Assembly (NCBI GenBank): GCA_033551855.1
Contig: JAWSUI010000048.1
Span: 1 to 28,275 of the forward strand
Direction of reading: 5' to 3'
Length of the DNA stretch: 28,275 nt
From: Deferrisomatales bacterium
GTDB taxonomy: Bacteria; Desulfobacterota; Deferrisomatia; Deferrisomatales; JACRMM01
Numbering within the stretch: the first letter of the stretch is position 1; every line of letters begins with the position of its first letter. Shown piece by piece: positions 16,465 to 26,375 of the stretch. Below the pieces are notes generated by a model. The model was not told where the DNA came from and did not search any database. It worked only from the letters and a program-made list of their open reading frames with translations. The translations under genes were made by a program, and so were the position numbers.

Positions 16465-17442
16465 TCAGACGGCGGGTTCTCCCTGGCCTTCGAGCCACCC
16501 TGCGTAAAAGCTCGTGTACTTGAAGGCGCCGTCCGGGGCGACCGCCACCCCCAGGCCCTCTTCCCGCCGCGCGACCTCTCGGGCGGCCCACAGGATGGCC
16601 CCGGAAGAGGGACCCAGGAGAAGGCTCTCGGTGCGGGCCACCTCGAGGGCGGTGCGGTAGGCGTCGCCGTCGGTCACGGGCAGCACCTCGTCGATGACCG
16701 CCGGGTCGAGGATCTCCGGGCGCTTCGACTCCTGGAAGTTCTTGAGGCCGGGCAGCCGGTGGTTCCGTTGGGGCTCCACGGCTACCACCCGGATGGACGG
16801 GTCCTGCTCCTTGAGGAAGCGACCCACCCCGGTCAGGGTGCCGCAGGTGCCGTAGCCGGCGAAGAAGTGGGTCACCCTGCCCCCGGTCTGAGCCCAGATC
16901 TCGGGCCCGGTGGTCTCGTAGTGGGCCCGGACGTTGTCGGGGTTCTCGTACTGGTTGGGCATCACGAAGACGTCGCGGGTCCGCTCCCCCGCCACCATGC
17001 TCTTCGCCAGGGCGATGGCGCCGTCCTTGGGGTGTTCGATGGGGCAGAGGTCGTCGGGGGTGGGCCACACCTCGGCCCCGAGCATGCGGAGCAGGGCCAG
17101 CTTCTCCTCGGGCACGGCGCTCGGCACCGTGACGGTGCACCCGACCCCGGCCAGGTTCGCGAGCGCCGCCAGGGCGATGCCGGTGTTTCCGGAGGTGGGT
17201 TCCACCAGGCGCTTGCCCTCGGGGAGCTGCCCCCGCTCCTGGAGGCCCCTCAAGAGGTACAGGGCGGTGCGGTCCTTGATGGACCCGAAGGGGTTGAACC
17301 CCTCGAGCTTTACGTAGAGCTCCTGGGCCGCCCCCGCCCCGAAGCGCCCCAGGCGCACCAGCGGGGTCGGGTTCTCGGGGTCGGCGATCATCTGCGCGAG
17401 GTCGTCGTAGACCCGCTTGGCGGGATCGTGGGCGGCGGTCAT
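16465..17442 (-). CDS. PLP-dependent cysteine synthase family protein (CysM-like)
   Basis: [40 protein letters not shown] and GPSSGA motifs. Confidence 0.88.
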   Translation of the reverse strand: MTAAHDPAKRVYDDLAQMIADPENPTPLVRLGRFGAGAAQELYVKLEGFNPFGSIKDRTALYLLRGLQERGQLPEGKRLVEPTSGNTGIALAALANLAGVGCTVTVPSAVPEEKLALLRMLGAEVWPTPDDLCPIEHPKDGAIALAKSMVAGERTRDVFVMPNQYENPDNVRAHYETTGPEIWAQTGGRVTHFFAGYGTCGTLTGVGRFLKEQDPSIRVVAVEPQRNHRLPGLKNFQESKRPEILDPAVIDEVLPVTDGDAYRTALEVARTESLLLGPSSGAILWAAREVARREEGLGVAVAPDGAFKYTSFYAGWLEGQGEPAV

Positions 17443-17466
17443 GGCAGGTGCTCTCCTGTGACTCGT

Positions 17467-17502
17467 GTCCGACGGGTCGGACCCGTCCGACAGGTCCGAC
17501 TC
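17467..17502. repeat. Degenerate 9-mer array, 4 units
   Basis: GTCCGACGG GTCGGACCC GTCCGACAG GTCCGACTC. Confidence 0.7.
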
Positions 17503-17518
17503 GGATTTCCTCGGCTCC

Positions 17519-18226
17519 TCACCCGCGGTGGAGCCCGCACTCCTTGTGCTCGGGGCTCTCCCACCACCAGCGGCCCGCCCGGGGGTGCTCCCCGGGGGCC
17601 ACGGGCCGGGTGCACGGCGCGCAGCCGACGGAGGGGTACCCTTGCAGGTGGAGCCGGTTCACGGGCAGACCCTTGTCCTGCACGTAGCGCCACACCCGGT
17701 CCCAGGTCCAGTCGAGGAGCGGGTTGATCTTGAGGATGCCGCCGTGGGCTTCATCCACCTCTATGGGGGCAAGGTCCGTGCGGGTCACGCTCTGCTCCCT
17801 CCGGAGCCCGGTGATCCACCCCGCCAGACCCCGGAGGGCGCGGCCCAGGGGCTCGACCTTGCGGACGCCGCAGCACTCGTGCCGGTTCTCCAGGCTGTCG
17901 CGGAAGCTGTAGAGCCCCTTCTCCCGCTCCAGGCGTTCCACGGCTTCCCTCCGGGGAAAGTACCAGTCGATGGGAACCCCGTACCGGAGCCGCACGGCTT
18001 CGGCCGTCTCGTACGTTTCCTCGTCGAGCCGGCCGGTGTCCAGCGCGAAGACGCGGACCCCCTCACGGGCGGAGGGGGGGAGGCCCTGGATCAGGTCGAG
18101 CACCACCAGGTCCTCCGCGCTGAAGGAACAGGCGAGGGCCACCGGGCCCCCGGACGCCTCGATGCCCGCGCGGAGAATCTCCGGGGGTGTGGGGTCCGGC
18201 GGCAGGGGTGGGACGGGGCGGGTCAT
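17519..18226 (-). CDS. cysH: APS reductase (Fe-S type CysH)
   Basis: LDTG, ECCGVRKVEPL, TGLRREQS, SVGCAPCT and ECGLH; CC...CXXC marks the APS-using type. Confidence 0.95.
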   Translation of the reverse strand: MTRPVPPLPPDPTPPEILRAGIEASGGPVALACSFSAEDLVVLDLIQGLPPSAREGVRVFALDTGRLDEETYETAEAVRLRYGVPIDWYFPRREAVERLEREKGLYSFRDSLENRHECCGVRKVEPLGRALRGLAGWITGLRREQSVTRTDLAPIEVDEAHGGILKINPLLDWTWDRVWRYVQDKGLPVNRLHLQGYPSVGCAPCTRPVAPGEHPRAGRWWWESPEHKECGLHRG

Positions 18227-18275
18227 GGCTTCCTCGATGATTTGTGTAATATTTGCGAGACAATGTCATGGGCGA

Positions 18276-18323
18276 ATGGTAAATTCTTTGCGCTTGACAG
18301 TCAAGAATAATCCGACGTAATTT
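18276..18323. promoter_or_regulatory. Divergent promoters with overlapping -35 elements
   Basis: Plus strand TTGACA-18-TAATTT; minus strand TTGACT-17-TACCAT; palindrome CTTGACAGTCAAG at 18293-18305. Confidence 0.65.
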
Positions 18324-18385
18324 CTACAGAATCGCACAGCAATCCGATCGGCCAAGGAGATGGTTTCAGGCGGCAGGAGGAGGAG

Positions 18386-19324
18386 ATGGCCATCGACCCC
18401 CGAGACTTCTACACGCCCAAGGTCCTCGACGCGCAGCTCACGGGCATGATCAAGACCCGCGAGCCCAACACCTACTCGGCCCGGCTCCGGATCCCCATGG
18501 GGGTCCTGACCGCCGACGTCATGGAGCGCCTGGCCGGGGCTGCCCGGCGGTTCGGGCGGGGCGAGGTCTACCTGACCGCCCGGATGGGGATCGAGATCCC
18601 GGGGGTGCAGACCGAGGACTTCCCGGCCCTGCGGGAAGAGCTGGCCGGCTCGGGCGTCGCCTTGGCCGGGTGCGGCCCCCGCATGCGGTCGACCACCGCC
18701 TGCAAGGGGAGCGTGTGTCCCCACGGGAACCTCGACGTCTTCGACCTGGCCTGGCGGATCGACCAGGCTCACAACGACGCCGCGGTCCTGCCCCACAAGT
18801 TCAAGGTGGGGGTCGCCGGGTGCGCGTCGTCGTGCTCCAAGCCCCAGACCAACGACGTGGGCTTCGTGGGGGTGAGCGAGCCCGAGCTCGACCCGGGCCC
18901 CTGCGTGAACTGCGGCATCTGCGCCGAGGCCTGCCACCTGCTGGCCCTGCGGCTGGAGGACGGGTTGCCCCGGATCGAAGCGGACCGTTGCGTGGCCTGC
19001 GGGGATTGCTCGAAGGCGTGCCCGGTGCAGGCCCTCGGACCCCGGCGCACCGGGATCGACTTCTACGCCGGCGGCCGGTGGGGGCGGGAGAAACAGGTGG
19101 GCCTCCGCCTCGGGGCCTTCCTGAGCGCGGAGGAGGCCGTGGCCGCCGTGGGGCGGGTGAAGGCATGGTACGCCGAGGGGGGCCGCACGAAGGAGCGCCT
19201 AGGCCACACCATGCTCCGCCTGGGCCCCCGGGCGTGCCAGGAAGCCGCGCTCGCAGGCGTGGCCCCGGAGAAGTGGGTTCCGATCACCCCCGAGGCCGAG
19301 GCGGCTTTCCGGCCCTTCCCGTGA
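18386..19324 (+). CDS. Small siroheme sulfite/nitrite reductase with 2x[4Fe-4S] ferredoxin domain (AsrC/Dsr-like)
   Basis: ACKGSVC...PHKFKVGVAGCASSC; CVNCGICAEAC and CVACGDCSKACP; KERLG. Confidence 0.85.
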   Translation: MAIDPRDFYTPKVLDAQLTGMIKTREPNTYSARLRIPMGVLTADVMERLAGAARRFGRGEVYLTARMGIEIPGVQTEDFPALREELAGSGVALAGCGPRMRSTTACKGSVCPHGNLDVFDLAWRIDQAHNDAAVLPHKFKVGVAGCASSCSKPQTNDVGFVGVSEPELDPGPCVNCGICAEACHLLALRLEDGLPRIEADRCVACGDCSKACPVQALGPRRTGIDFYAGGRWGREKQVGLRLGAFLSAEEAVAAVGRVKAWYAEGGRTKERLGHTMLRLGPRACQEAALAGVAPEKWVPITPEAEAAFRPFP

Positions 19325-19434
19325 GGAGGAAGGGGCAGCAAGGGACCCAAGCGAACCAGGAGACCCCAACGACCGGAGGGAAACCCGGCCGGCTCGCCGG
19401 AGAGGGGGGGCGAGCCCCCCTTGTGAAACTGCGA

Positions 19435-19476
19435 AACGGACCACCGACCACCGGCAACGGATCACGGATCACGGAT
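19435..19476. repeat. Degenerate heptamer array, 6 units
   Basis: AACGGAC CACCGAC CACCGGC AACGGAT CACGGAT CACGGAT. Confidence 0.75.
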
Positions 19477-19491
19477 CACTCGGAGCTCGCC

Positions 19492-19722
19492 ATGACCCAG
19501 TCCATCGACCTCGACATCACCGGGGACGTGTGCCCCATGACCCTGGTGAGGGTGCGCATGGCCCTCGACACGGTGGCCCCGGGCGGGGTTCTCCGGGTCC
19601 GCATGGCCGCCGGCGAGCCCGTGGCCTCGATCCCCCGCACCCTGCGGGACGAGGGCCACGGGCTGCTCTCCCTGGAGCGCGTGGGGGAGCACTTCGAGGC
19701 GGTCTTCCGGAAGGCCGGGTGA
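19492..19722 (+). CDS. TusA/SirA-family sulfurtransferase
   Basis: LDITGDVCPMT motif, 76 aa, GGAG RBS; hidden at the end of track ORF 18670..19722. Confidence 0.88.
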   Translation: MTQSIDLDITGDVCPMTLVRVRMALDTVAPGGVLRVRMAAGEPVASIPRTLRDEGHGLLSLERVGEHFEAVFRKAG

Positions 19723-19753
19723 CGGGAGTGGAGAGGTCCCCCGCGAGGAGCCC

Positions 19754-20563
19754 ATGTCCCTGAGCGAGCACGAGATCCTGCGCTACTCCCGCCAGATCAT
19801 CCTGAAGGAGGTGGGAGGGGCCGGACAGGAGCGCCTGAAGGCCGCCCGGGTGCTCGTGGTCGGCGCCGGCGGCCTGGGGTCGCCGGCGGCGCTGTACCTC
19901 GCGGCGGCGGGGGTGGGAACCCTGGGCGTCTGCGACGACGACCGGGTGGAACTGACCAACCTGCAGCGCCAGGTGATCCACGCCACGGCGGATCTCGGCC
20001 GGGCCAAGGCGGCCTCGGCCGCGGAGCGCCTGCGGGCGCTGAACCCGGAGATCCGGGTGGAGGAGCACCCGGTGCGCCTCCGGGCGGCCAACGCCCCGGC
20101 GATCCTGGCCGGGTACGACGCCGCGGTGGACGGCTCCGACACCTTCGCCTCCAAGTTCCTCGTGAACGACGCCTGCGCCGCGGCCGGGCTCCCCCACGTC
20201 TTTGCCGGCATCCTGGCCTTCGAGGGACAGCTCCTCACCGTGGTCCCCGGCCGGGGGCCCTGCTACCGCTGCTTCTTCCGAGAGCCTCCTCCCCCCGGCT
20301 CGGTGCCGACCTGCGCCCAGGCCGGCATCCTCGGCCCGGTGGCCGGGGTCCTGGGGAGCCTGCAGGCCCTGGAGGTCCTCAAGCTCCTCCTGGGCGTCGG
20401 GGAGCCCGCGGCGGGGCGCCTGGTCCTCTTCGACGGGTTGGGGCTCACGTGGCGCGAGGTGGCCGTGCAGCGGGACCCCCGGTGCCCCGCCTGCGGTGAC
20501 CCCGGGTATCGCCGGGCCCTGGAGGACGGGACGGTGGAGACCTGCCCGGCGGTCGGTGGGTGA
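19754..20563 (+). CDS. MoeB/ThiF E1-like adenylyltransferase
   Basis: RYSRQI, GAGGLGSP, NLQRQ, CYRC, TCAQAG and CPAC motifs. Confidence 0.93.
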   Translation: MSLSEHEILRYSRQIILKEVGGAGQERLKAARVLVVGAGGLGSPAALYLAAAGVGTLGVCDDDRVELTNLQRQVIHATADLGRAKAASAAERLRALNPEIRVEEHPVRLRAANAPAILAGYDAAVDGSDTFASKFLVNDACAAAGLPHVFAGILAFEGQLLTVVPGRGPCYRCFFREPPPPGSVPTCAQAGILGPVAGVLGSLQALEVLKLLLGVGEPAAGRLVLFDGLGLTWREVAVQRDPRCPACGDPGYRRALEDGTVETCPAVGG

Positions 20564-20655
20564 GGCTTCTTGGCCGCGCTGTGCTCGGAAGGCTCTAGCG
20601 AAATTGTTGCACGCGTCACCAGTAAATATATCGTCTGTGTTTGTTCAAATAACTA

Positions 20656-20684
20656 TTGACATGATGGAATATCCTCCGTATATT
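20656..20684 (+). promoter_or_regulatory. Sigma70-type promoter of the sbp operon
   Basis: TTGACA-17-TATATT in an AT-rich patch. Confidence 0.7.
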
Positions 20685-20751
20685 TACCTGCAAGATTGTG
20701 TATATGGCCTTGTGAGTCGGCGTCCGAAGTGCCTCGACGTGGAGGGAGATC

Positions 20752-21765
20752 GTGAGAGCGAAACGATTTCTGGTTGCTGCGGTTGCGGTCCTGTTCGTGG
20801 GGCTCGTGGCGGGGCCAGGTGGAGCCCGGGAGGTGACCCTTCTGAACGTGTCCTACGATCCCACCCGGGAGCTCTACCAGGAGTTCAACCGGGCCTTCGC
20901 CGCTTACTGGAAGGCAAAGACCGGCGAGACGGTAAAGATCAACCAGTCCCACGGGGGGGCGGGCAAGCAGGCCCGCTCGGTGATCGACGGCCTGGAAGCT
21001 GACGTGGTCACCTTGGCGCTCGCCTACGACATCGACGCCATCGCCGAGCAGGCGGGGCTCCTGCCGCCCGACTGGCAGACGCGCCTGCCCCAGAACAGCG
21101 CCCCCTACACCTCGACCATCGTCTTTCTGGTGCGCAAGGGAAACCCCAAGGGGATCCGGGACTGGGACGACGTGGTCCGGCCCGGGGTCTCGATCATTAC
21201 CCCCAATCCCAAGACCTCGGGGGGCGCCCGCTGGAACTACCTGGCGGCCTGGGGCTACGCCCTGAAGAAGCACGGGGGCGATGAGGCCAGGGCGCGGGAG
21301 TTCGTGACGACCCTCTACAAGAACGTGCCCGTGCTCGACTCCGGGGCCCGGGGCTCGACGACCACCTTCGTCCAGCGGGGGATCGGCGACGTATTCCTCT
21401 CCTGGGAGAACGAGGCGTTTCTCGCCATCCAGGAGTTCGGGGCAGACAAGTTCGAGGTGGTGGTGCCGTCCTGGAGCATCCTGGCCGAGCCCCCCGTAAC
21501 GCTGGTGGACGTGGTCGTGGACCGGCGGGGAACCCGGACGGTGGCGGAGGCGTACCTCCAGTACCTCTATAGCGAAGAGGGGCAGGACCTCGCGGGGAAG
21601 CACTTCTACCGCCCCCGGCTCGATTCGGCGGCCCGCAAATACTCCGGCCAATTTCCCCGGGTGACCCTGTTTACCATCGACGAGGTCTTCGGGGGCTGGC
21701 AGGTGGCCCAGAAGACCCACTTCGCCGATGGCGGGGTGTTCGACCAGATCTACCTTTCCAAGTAG
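20752..21765 (+). CDS. sbp: Sulfate ABC transporter substrate-binding protein
   Basis: Signal peptide; [17 protein letters not shown] and [17 protein letters not shown] motifs. Confidence 0.97.
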   Translation: MRAKRFLVAAVAVLFVGLVAGPGGAREVTLLNVSYDPTRELYQEFNRAFAAYWKAKTGETVKINQSHGGAGKQARSVIDGLEADVVTLALAYDIDAIAEQAGLLPPDWQTRLPQNSAPYTSTIVFLVRKGNPKGIRDWDDVVRPGVSIITPNPKTSGGARWNYLAAWGYALKKHGGDEARAREFVTTLYKNVPVLDSGARGSTTTFVQRGIGDVFLSWENEAFLAIQEFGADKFEVVVPSWSILAEPPVTLVDVVVDRRGTRTVAEAYLQYLYSEEGQDLAGKHFYRPRLDSAARKYSGQFPRVTLFTIDEVFGGWQVAQKTHFADGGVFDQIYLSK

Positions 21766-21776
21766 CCGGCGCTGCC

Positions 21777-22610
21777 ATGCGACTCTCGATGCACCACCGG
21801 AGCGTGCTCCCCGGGTTCGGCCCGGCCCTGGGGTTCACCGTGGCTTACCTGGGCCTGATCGTCCTCCTGCCGCTCTCGGCCCTGCTCCTCAAGGCCGCGA
21901 GCGTCTCATGGCCGGAATTCTGGGGGACCGTCTCTTCTCCCCGGGTCGTGGCTTCGCTGCGGGTCACCTTCGGGGCTGCCCTGGCTGCGGCGCTCGTCAA
22001 CGGGGTCCTGGGGCTCCTCACCGCCTGGGTGCTCGTGCGCTACCCCTTCCCCGGGAGGCGCTTGGTGGACGCCCTGGTGGACCTGCCCTTCGCGCTCCCC
22101 ACCGCGGTGGCCGGGATCACGCTCACCTTCCTCTTCGCCGGAAACGGCTGGCTCGGCCGGTGGCTCGAGCCCCTGGGGATCAAGGTTGCCTATACGCCGC
22201 TGGGGATCGTCGTGGCGATGACCTTCATCGGGCTCCCCTTCGTGGTGCGCACGGTCCAGCCGGTCCTCGAGGAGTTGGACGCAGCCGTGGAGGAGGCCGC
22301 GGCGTGCCTGGGGGCGAGCCGGTGGCAGACGGTGCGCCGAGTCGTCCTGCCCGCGTTGGTTCCCGCGCTCCTCACCGGGTTCGCCCTGGCGTTTGCCCGA
22401 GCGGCCGGCGAGTATGGCTCGGTGATCTTCATTGCCGGCAACATGCCGATGGTCTCGGAAATCACACCGCTGCTGATCGTGACCAAGCTCGAACAGTACG
22501 ATTACGCCGGTGCTACGGTGCTGGCGTCGGTCATGCTCGCCCTTTCGTTTGCGATGCTGCTCTTCATCAACCTCCTGCAGGCCTGGAGCCGCCGGTACGC
22601 GGAGCGCTGA
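21777..22610 (+). CDS. cysT: Sulfate ABC transporter permease
   Basis: [23 protein letters not shown] and [12 protein letters not shown] motifs. Confidence 0.96.
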   Translation: MRLSMHHRSVLPGFGPALGFTVAYLGLIVLLPLSALLLKAASVSWPEFWGTVSSPRVVASLRVTFGAALAAALVNGVLGLLTAWVLVRYPFPGRRLVDALVDLPFALPTAVAGITLTFLFAGNGWLGRWLEPLGIKVAYTPLGIVVAMTFIGLPFVVRTVQPVLEELDAAVEEAAACLGASRWQTVRRVVLPALVPALLTGFALAFARAAGEYGSVIFIAGNMPMVSEITPLLIVTKLEQYDYAGATVLASVMLALSFAMLLFINLLQAWSRRYAER

Positions 22611-22614
22611 CACG

Positions 22615-23493
22615 ATGACGGCCGCTACCCCTCGCAACGGGGCCCTCACCGAGCCAGCCCCCGTGCGCTGGCTCCTCACGGGAGCCGTGCTGGCCTTTCT
22701 CGGCCTCTTCCTGGTGCTGCCCCTGGTCGCGGTCTTCGTTCAGGCCCTGGAGAAGGGACTCGGGACGTACCTTGCGGCGTTTCGAGAGCCCGACGCCCTG
22801 GCGGCGATCCGTCTCACCCTGACCGCCGCGGCGATCGCCGTGCCGGTGAACGTCGTGTTCGGCGTGGCCGCGGCCTGGGCCATCGCCAAATTCCGCTTCC
22901 CGGGCAAGAGCCTGCTGGTGACCCTGATCGACCTGCCGTTCTCCATCTCGCCGGTGGTCGCGGGGCTCGTCTATGTGCTCCTCTTCGGCCTCCAGGGCTG
23001 GCTCGGCCCCTGGCTCCAGGCCCACGATCTCAAAGTCATCTTCGCCGTGCCGGGCATCGTGCTCGCCACGATCTTCGTCACTTTCCCCTTCGTGGCCCGC
23101 GAGCTCATCCCCGTAATGCAGGCCCAGGGGAACGACGACGAGGAGGCGGCCTTGGTCCTGGGGGCCAGCGGCTGGCAGACCTTCTGGCGGGTCACCCTGC
23201 CCAACGTGAAGTGGGGCCTCCTCTACGGGGTAATCCTCTGCAACGCCCGGGCGATGGGGGAGTTCGGGGCGGTGTCGGTGGTTTCCGGCCACATCCGGGG
23301 GGTGACCAACACCCTGCCGCTCCACGTGGAGATCCTCTACAACGAGTACAACTTCACCGCCGCCTTTGCCGTGGCCTCGCTCCTCGCGCTCCTCGCCCTC
23401 GTGACCCTGGTGCTCAAGCGCCTGGCCGAGGGGAGAATCCGGGAGGAGGTAGCCGCCGTCCGGAAGGGCCCGGATGGGGAGATCCCTTCATGA
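22615..23493 (+). CDS. cysW: Sulfate ABC transporter permease
   Basis: [21 protein letters not shown] and [16 protein letters not shown] motifs. Confidence 0.96.
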   Translation: MTAATPRNGALTEPAPVRWLLTGAVLAFLGLFLVLPLVAVFVQALEKGLGTYLAAFREPDALAAIRLTLTAAAIAVPVNVVFGVAAAWAIAKFRFPGKSLLVTLIDLPFSISPVVAGLVYVLLFGLQGWLGPWLQAHDLKVIFAVPGIVLATIFVTFPFVARELIPVMQAQGNDDEEAALVLGASGWQTFWRVTLPNVKWGLLYGVILCNARAMGEFGAVSVVSGHIRGVTNTLPLHVEILYNEYNFTAAFAVASLLALLALVTLVLKRLAEGRIREEVAAVRKGPDGEIPS

Positions 23494-24560
23494 GCATCGA
23501 GGTCCGAAACTTGACCAAGCGGTTCGGGGCCTTCACGGCCCTGGACGGCGTGAGCCTCGCCATCCCCGACGGCGGGCTCACCGCTCTCCTGGGCCCCTCG
23601 GGGTCGGGGAAGACCACCCTGTTGCGGATCATCGCGGGCCTGGAGTTCGCCGACGAGGGCACGGTGCTCTTCCACGGGGAGGACGCCACCGCGGTCCACG
23701 CCCGCGACCGGGGGGTGGGCTTCGTGTTCCAGCACTACGCGCTCTTTCGCCACATGACGGTCTTCGAGAACGTGGCCTTCGGCCTGCGGGTCAAGCCCCG
23801 GGCGGAGCGGCCAAGCCGGCGCCAGATCGCCGAGAGGGTCTCCGAGCTCCTGGGGCTGGTGCAGCTCGAAGGCCTCGCGGGCCGCTACCCGTCGGAGCTC
23901 TCGGGGGGCCAGCGCCAGCGGGTGGCCCTGGCCCGGGCCCTGGCGGTGCAGCCCAGGGTTCTCCTCCTCGACGAGCCCTTCGGGGCGCTCGACGCCAAGG
24001 TGCGAAAGGAGCTGCGGCGCTGGCTCCGGCGGCTCCATGACGAGATCCACGTCACCAGCGTCTTCGTCACCCACGACCAAGAGGAGGCCCTCGAGGTGGC
24101 CGACCAGGTGGTGGTGATGAACCGGGGCCGCATCGAGCAGGCCGGGAGCCCCGAGGAGGTCTATCACCGCGCCGCCACGAGCTTCGTCTACCACTTCCTC
24201 GGGAACGTGAACCTCTTCCACGGCAGGGTGGCCGAGGGGGTGGTCCGGGTGGGCGGCCGAGAGGTGGAGGCGCCCCAGTGGGAGGCCTTCCCCGGCACTG
24301 CTGCGGTGGGCTACGCACGCCCCCACGAGCTCGAGGTGAGCCGAGAAGCCCTGGGGCCTGGAGAGGTGACGGCGGTGGTGGGCCACGTGCGCGCTGCGGG
24401 CCCCACCGTGCGACTGGAGCTCGCCGCGGTGGGAAGCGACGAGCCCCTGGAGGCGGAGCTCACCCAGGAGCGATATCGGGAACTCGCCCTCGCCGCCGGA
24501 GACACGGTGTACGTGCGGCCCAGAGAGCTCAAGGTCTTCGTCAACGATTTCTGCATCTGA
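23490..24560 (+). CDS. cysA: Sulfate ABC transporter ATPase
   Basis: [26 protein letters not shown] and [23 protein letters not shown] motifs. Confidence 0.96.
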   Translation: MSIEVRNLTKRFGAFTALDGVSLAIPDGGLTALLGPSGSGKTTLLRIIAGLEFADEGTVLFHGEDATAVHARDRGVGFVFQHYALFRHMTVFENVAFGLRVKPRAERPSRRQIAERVSELLGLVQLEGLAGRYPSELSGGQRQRVALARALAVQPRVLLLDEPFGALDAKVRKELRRWLRRLHDEIHVTSVFVTHDQEEALEVADQVVVMNRGRIEQAGSPEEVYHRAATSFVYHFLGNVNLFHGRVAEGVVRVGGREVEAPQWEAFPGTAAVGYARPHELEVSREALGPGEVTAVVGHVRAAGPTVRLELAAVGSDEPLEAELTQERYRELALAAGDTVYVRPRELKVFVNDFCI

Positions 24561-24585
24561 CCCTCACGCGGCACAGGAGAACGCG

Positions 24586-25543
24586 ATGGCGCGCATCTAC
24601 TAAGAAAACTCCCTGTCCATCGGCCGCACCCCCCTCATCCGCCTCAACCGGGTGACCGAAGGGGCCAAGGCCACCGTGCTCGCCAAGATCGAGGGGCGAA
24701 ATCCCGCCTACTCGGTCAAGTGCCGCATCGGCGCCGCCATGATCTGGGATGCCGAGGAGCGGGGCATCCTGAAACCCGGCGTCGAGATCGTGGAACCCAC
24801 CAGTGGTAACACGGGGATCGCGCTCGCCTATGTGGCCGCGGCCCGGGGCTACAAGCTCACGCTGACCATGCCCGAGACCATGAGCCTGGAGCGGCCCTGT
24901 GCTGGCGGCCCTGGGGGCGAACCTCGTGCTCACCCCGGGCGCCGAGGGGATGAAGGGGGCCATCGCCCACGCCGAGGGCCTCGCCGCTTCGGACTCGAAG
25001 CGGTACTTCCTGCCCCAGCAGTTCAAGAACCCGGCCAGCCCGGGCATCCACGAGAAGACCACCGGGCCGGAGATCTGGGAAGACACCGACGGGGTGGTCG
25101 ACGTTCTCGTGTCGGGCGTGGGCACCGGCGGCACCGTCACCGGCGTCTCCCGCTACATCAAGGGGACGAAGGGCAAGCCGATCCTCGCGGTGGCGGTGGA
25201 GCCCAAGGAGAGCCCGGTGATCTCCCAGAGGCGCGCGGGCGAGATGATCCGGCCCGGGCTCCACAAGATCCAGGGGATCGGCGCGGGCTTCATCCCCGAA
25301 ACCCTGGACCTCTCGGTGGTGGATCGGGTGGAGCAGGTGGAGAGCGCCGAGGCCATCGACTTCGCCCGCCGCCTGGCCCGGGAGGAGGGGCTCCTGGGGG
25401 GGATCTCCTGCGGCGCCGCCGGCGCGGCGGCCGTTCGCCTGGCCCAGGAGCCCGCGTTTGCCGGGAAGACCATCGTGGTCGTGATGCCGGATCTCGCCGA
25501 GCGCTACGTCTCCACGGCACTCTTCGAGGGGGTGAGGGGGTGA
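24586..25543 (+). pseudogene. cysK: Cysteine synthase A with nonsense codon and frameshift
   Basis: AGGAG-ATG at 24586; TAA at codon 6 (24601-24603); SVKCRIG motif; frameshift near 24895; [10 protein letters not shown] motif. Confidence 0.92.
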
Positions 25544-25666
25544 GCACCCGTCAGTGTGAACGGTTCCCCGCGGTCACATAGAGTCTCGGTGGTAGATCTT
25601 TCGGTCATCGGTTATACTCTTGGCCTATCGGAGCCGCACGGGTGGACTTTCCCTGCAAGGTGCGAA

Positions 25667-25936
25667 ATGGAGTACGTGGTGGGCGCGAAGGGCCAGGTGG
25701 TCATCGCCAAGGGCATCCGAGAGCAGTTGGGCGTGGAGCCGGGATGGGTGGCGGTGCAACGGCTCGTGGCCGACCACGTGGAGATCCGCTTCGTGCCGCC
25801 GCCGCATCGGCGTTCGCTCAAGGGCGTGCTGGCGCCGTACGTCACGTGCAGCGTCTCCCCGGGCGAGACTTGGGAAGACGCGCGGGATGAGGCGTGGGCA
25901 GCGGCAGCCAGGGAGCGGGGGGGCGGAGAACCGTGA
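25667..25936 (+). CDS. AbrB/MazE-family antitoxin
   Basis: VGAKGQVVIAKGIREQLGVEPG motif. Confidence 0.85.
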   Translation: MEYVVGAKGQVVIAKGIREQLGVEPGWVAVQRLVADHVEIRFVPPPHRRSLKGVLAPYVTCSVSPGETWEDARDEAWAAAARERGGGEP

Positions 25937-26328
25937 GCGGTCTCGTCGACACCAGCGTGATCGTGCGCTACCTGACGGGGGACCCGCCGCATCTGGCGGA
26001 CCGGGCGGCGGCCCTCCTCGACAGGGAAGAGGATCTGGAGGTGACGGACGTGGCGCTCGTAGAGGCGGCCCATGTGCTCACCTCGGTGTACGGGGTTCCA
26101 CGAGAGGTGGCGGTGGACAGCCTGACGGAGTTGCTTCAGAAGGAGAACATCAGGCCCCGCGGGCTGGACCGGGCCACCGTCCTGGAGGGGCTTCTCTTGT
26201 GCCGGCCGTCGGGCCGGGTTTCCTTCGCGGATGCCCTCATCTGGGCGGCCGCGCGCTCGGCGGGCATCGGCCGCATCTACACGTTCGACGGCAGATTCCC
26301 CGGCGCGGGAGTGTCCCTGCGGAACTGA
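25933..26328 (+). CDS. PIN-domain toxin
   Basis: VDTSVIVRYL, ALVE, SFADALI and YTFD motifs; GTGA overlap with the antitoxin. Confidence 0.88.
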   Translation: MSGLVDTSVIVRYLTGDPPHLADRAAALLDREEDLEVTDVALVEAAHVLTSVYGVPREVAVDSLTELLQKENIRPRGLDRATVLEGLLLCRPSGRVSFADALIWAAARSAGIGRIYTFDGRFPGAGVSLRN

Positions 26329-26375
26329 CGGGCCGCCTTCCCGACGAGGGGTTCGTGGGCCCCCCACAGATTTAC

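Noticed and set aside
13233..17727. Long antisense or overlapping ORFs (13745..15559, 15270..16523, 16411..17727 and similar elsewhere)
   Set aside because: They are shadow frames of GC3-rich genes with no recognisable motifs.
24601..24603. Recoded stop codon (Sec/Pyl or readthrough) in cysK
   Set aside because: The codon is TAA, and an independent frameshift follows.
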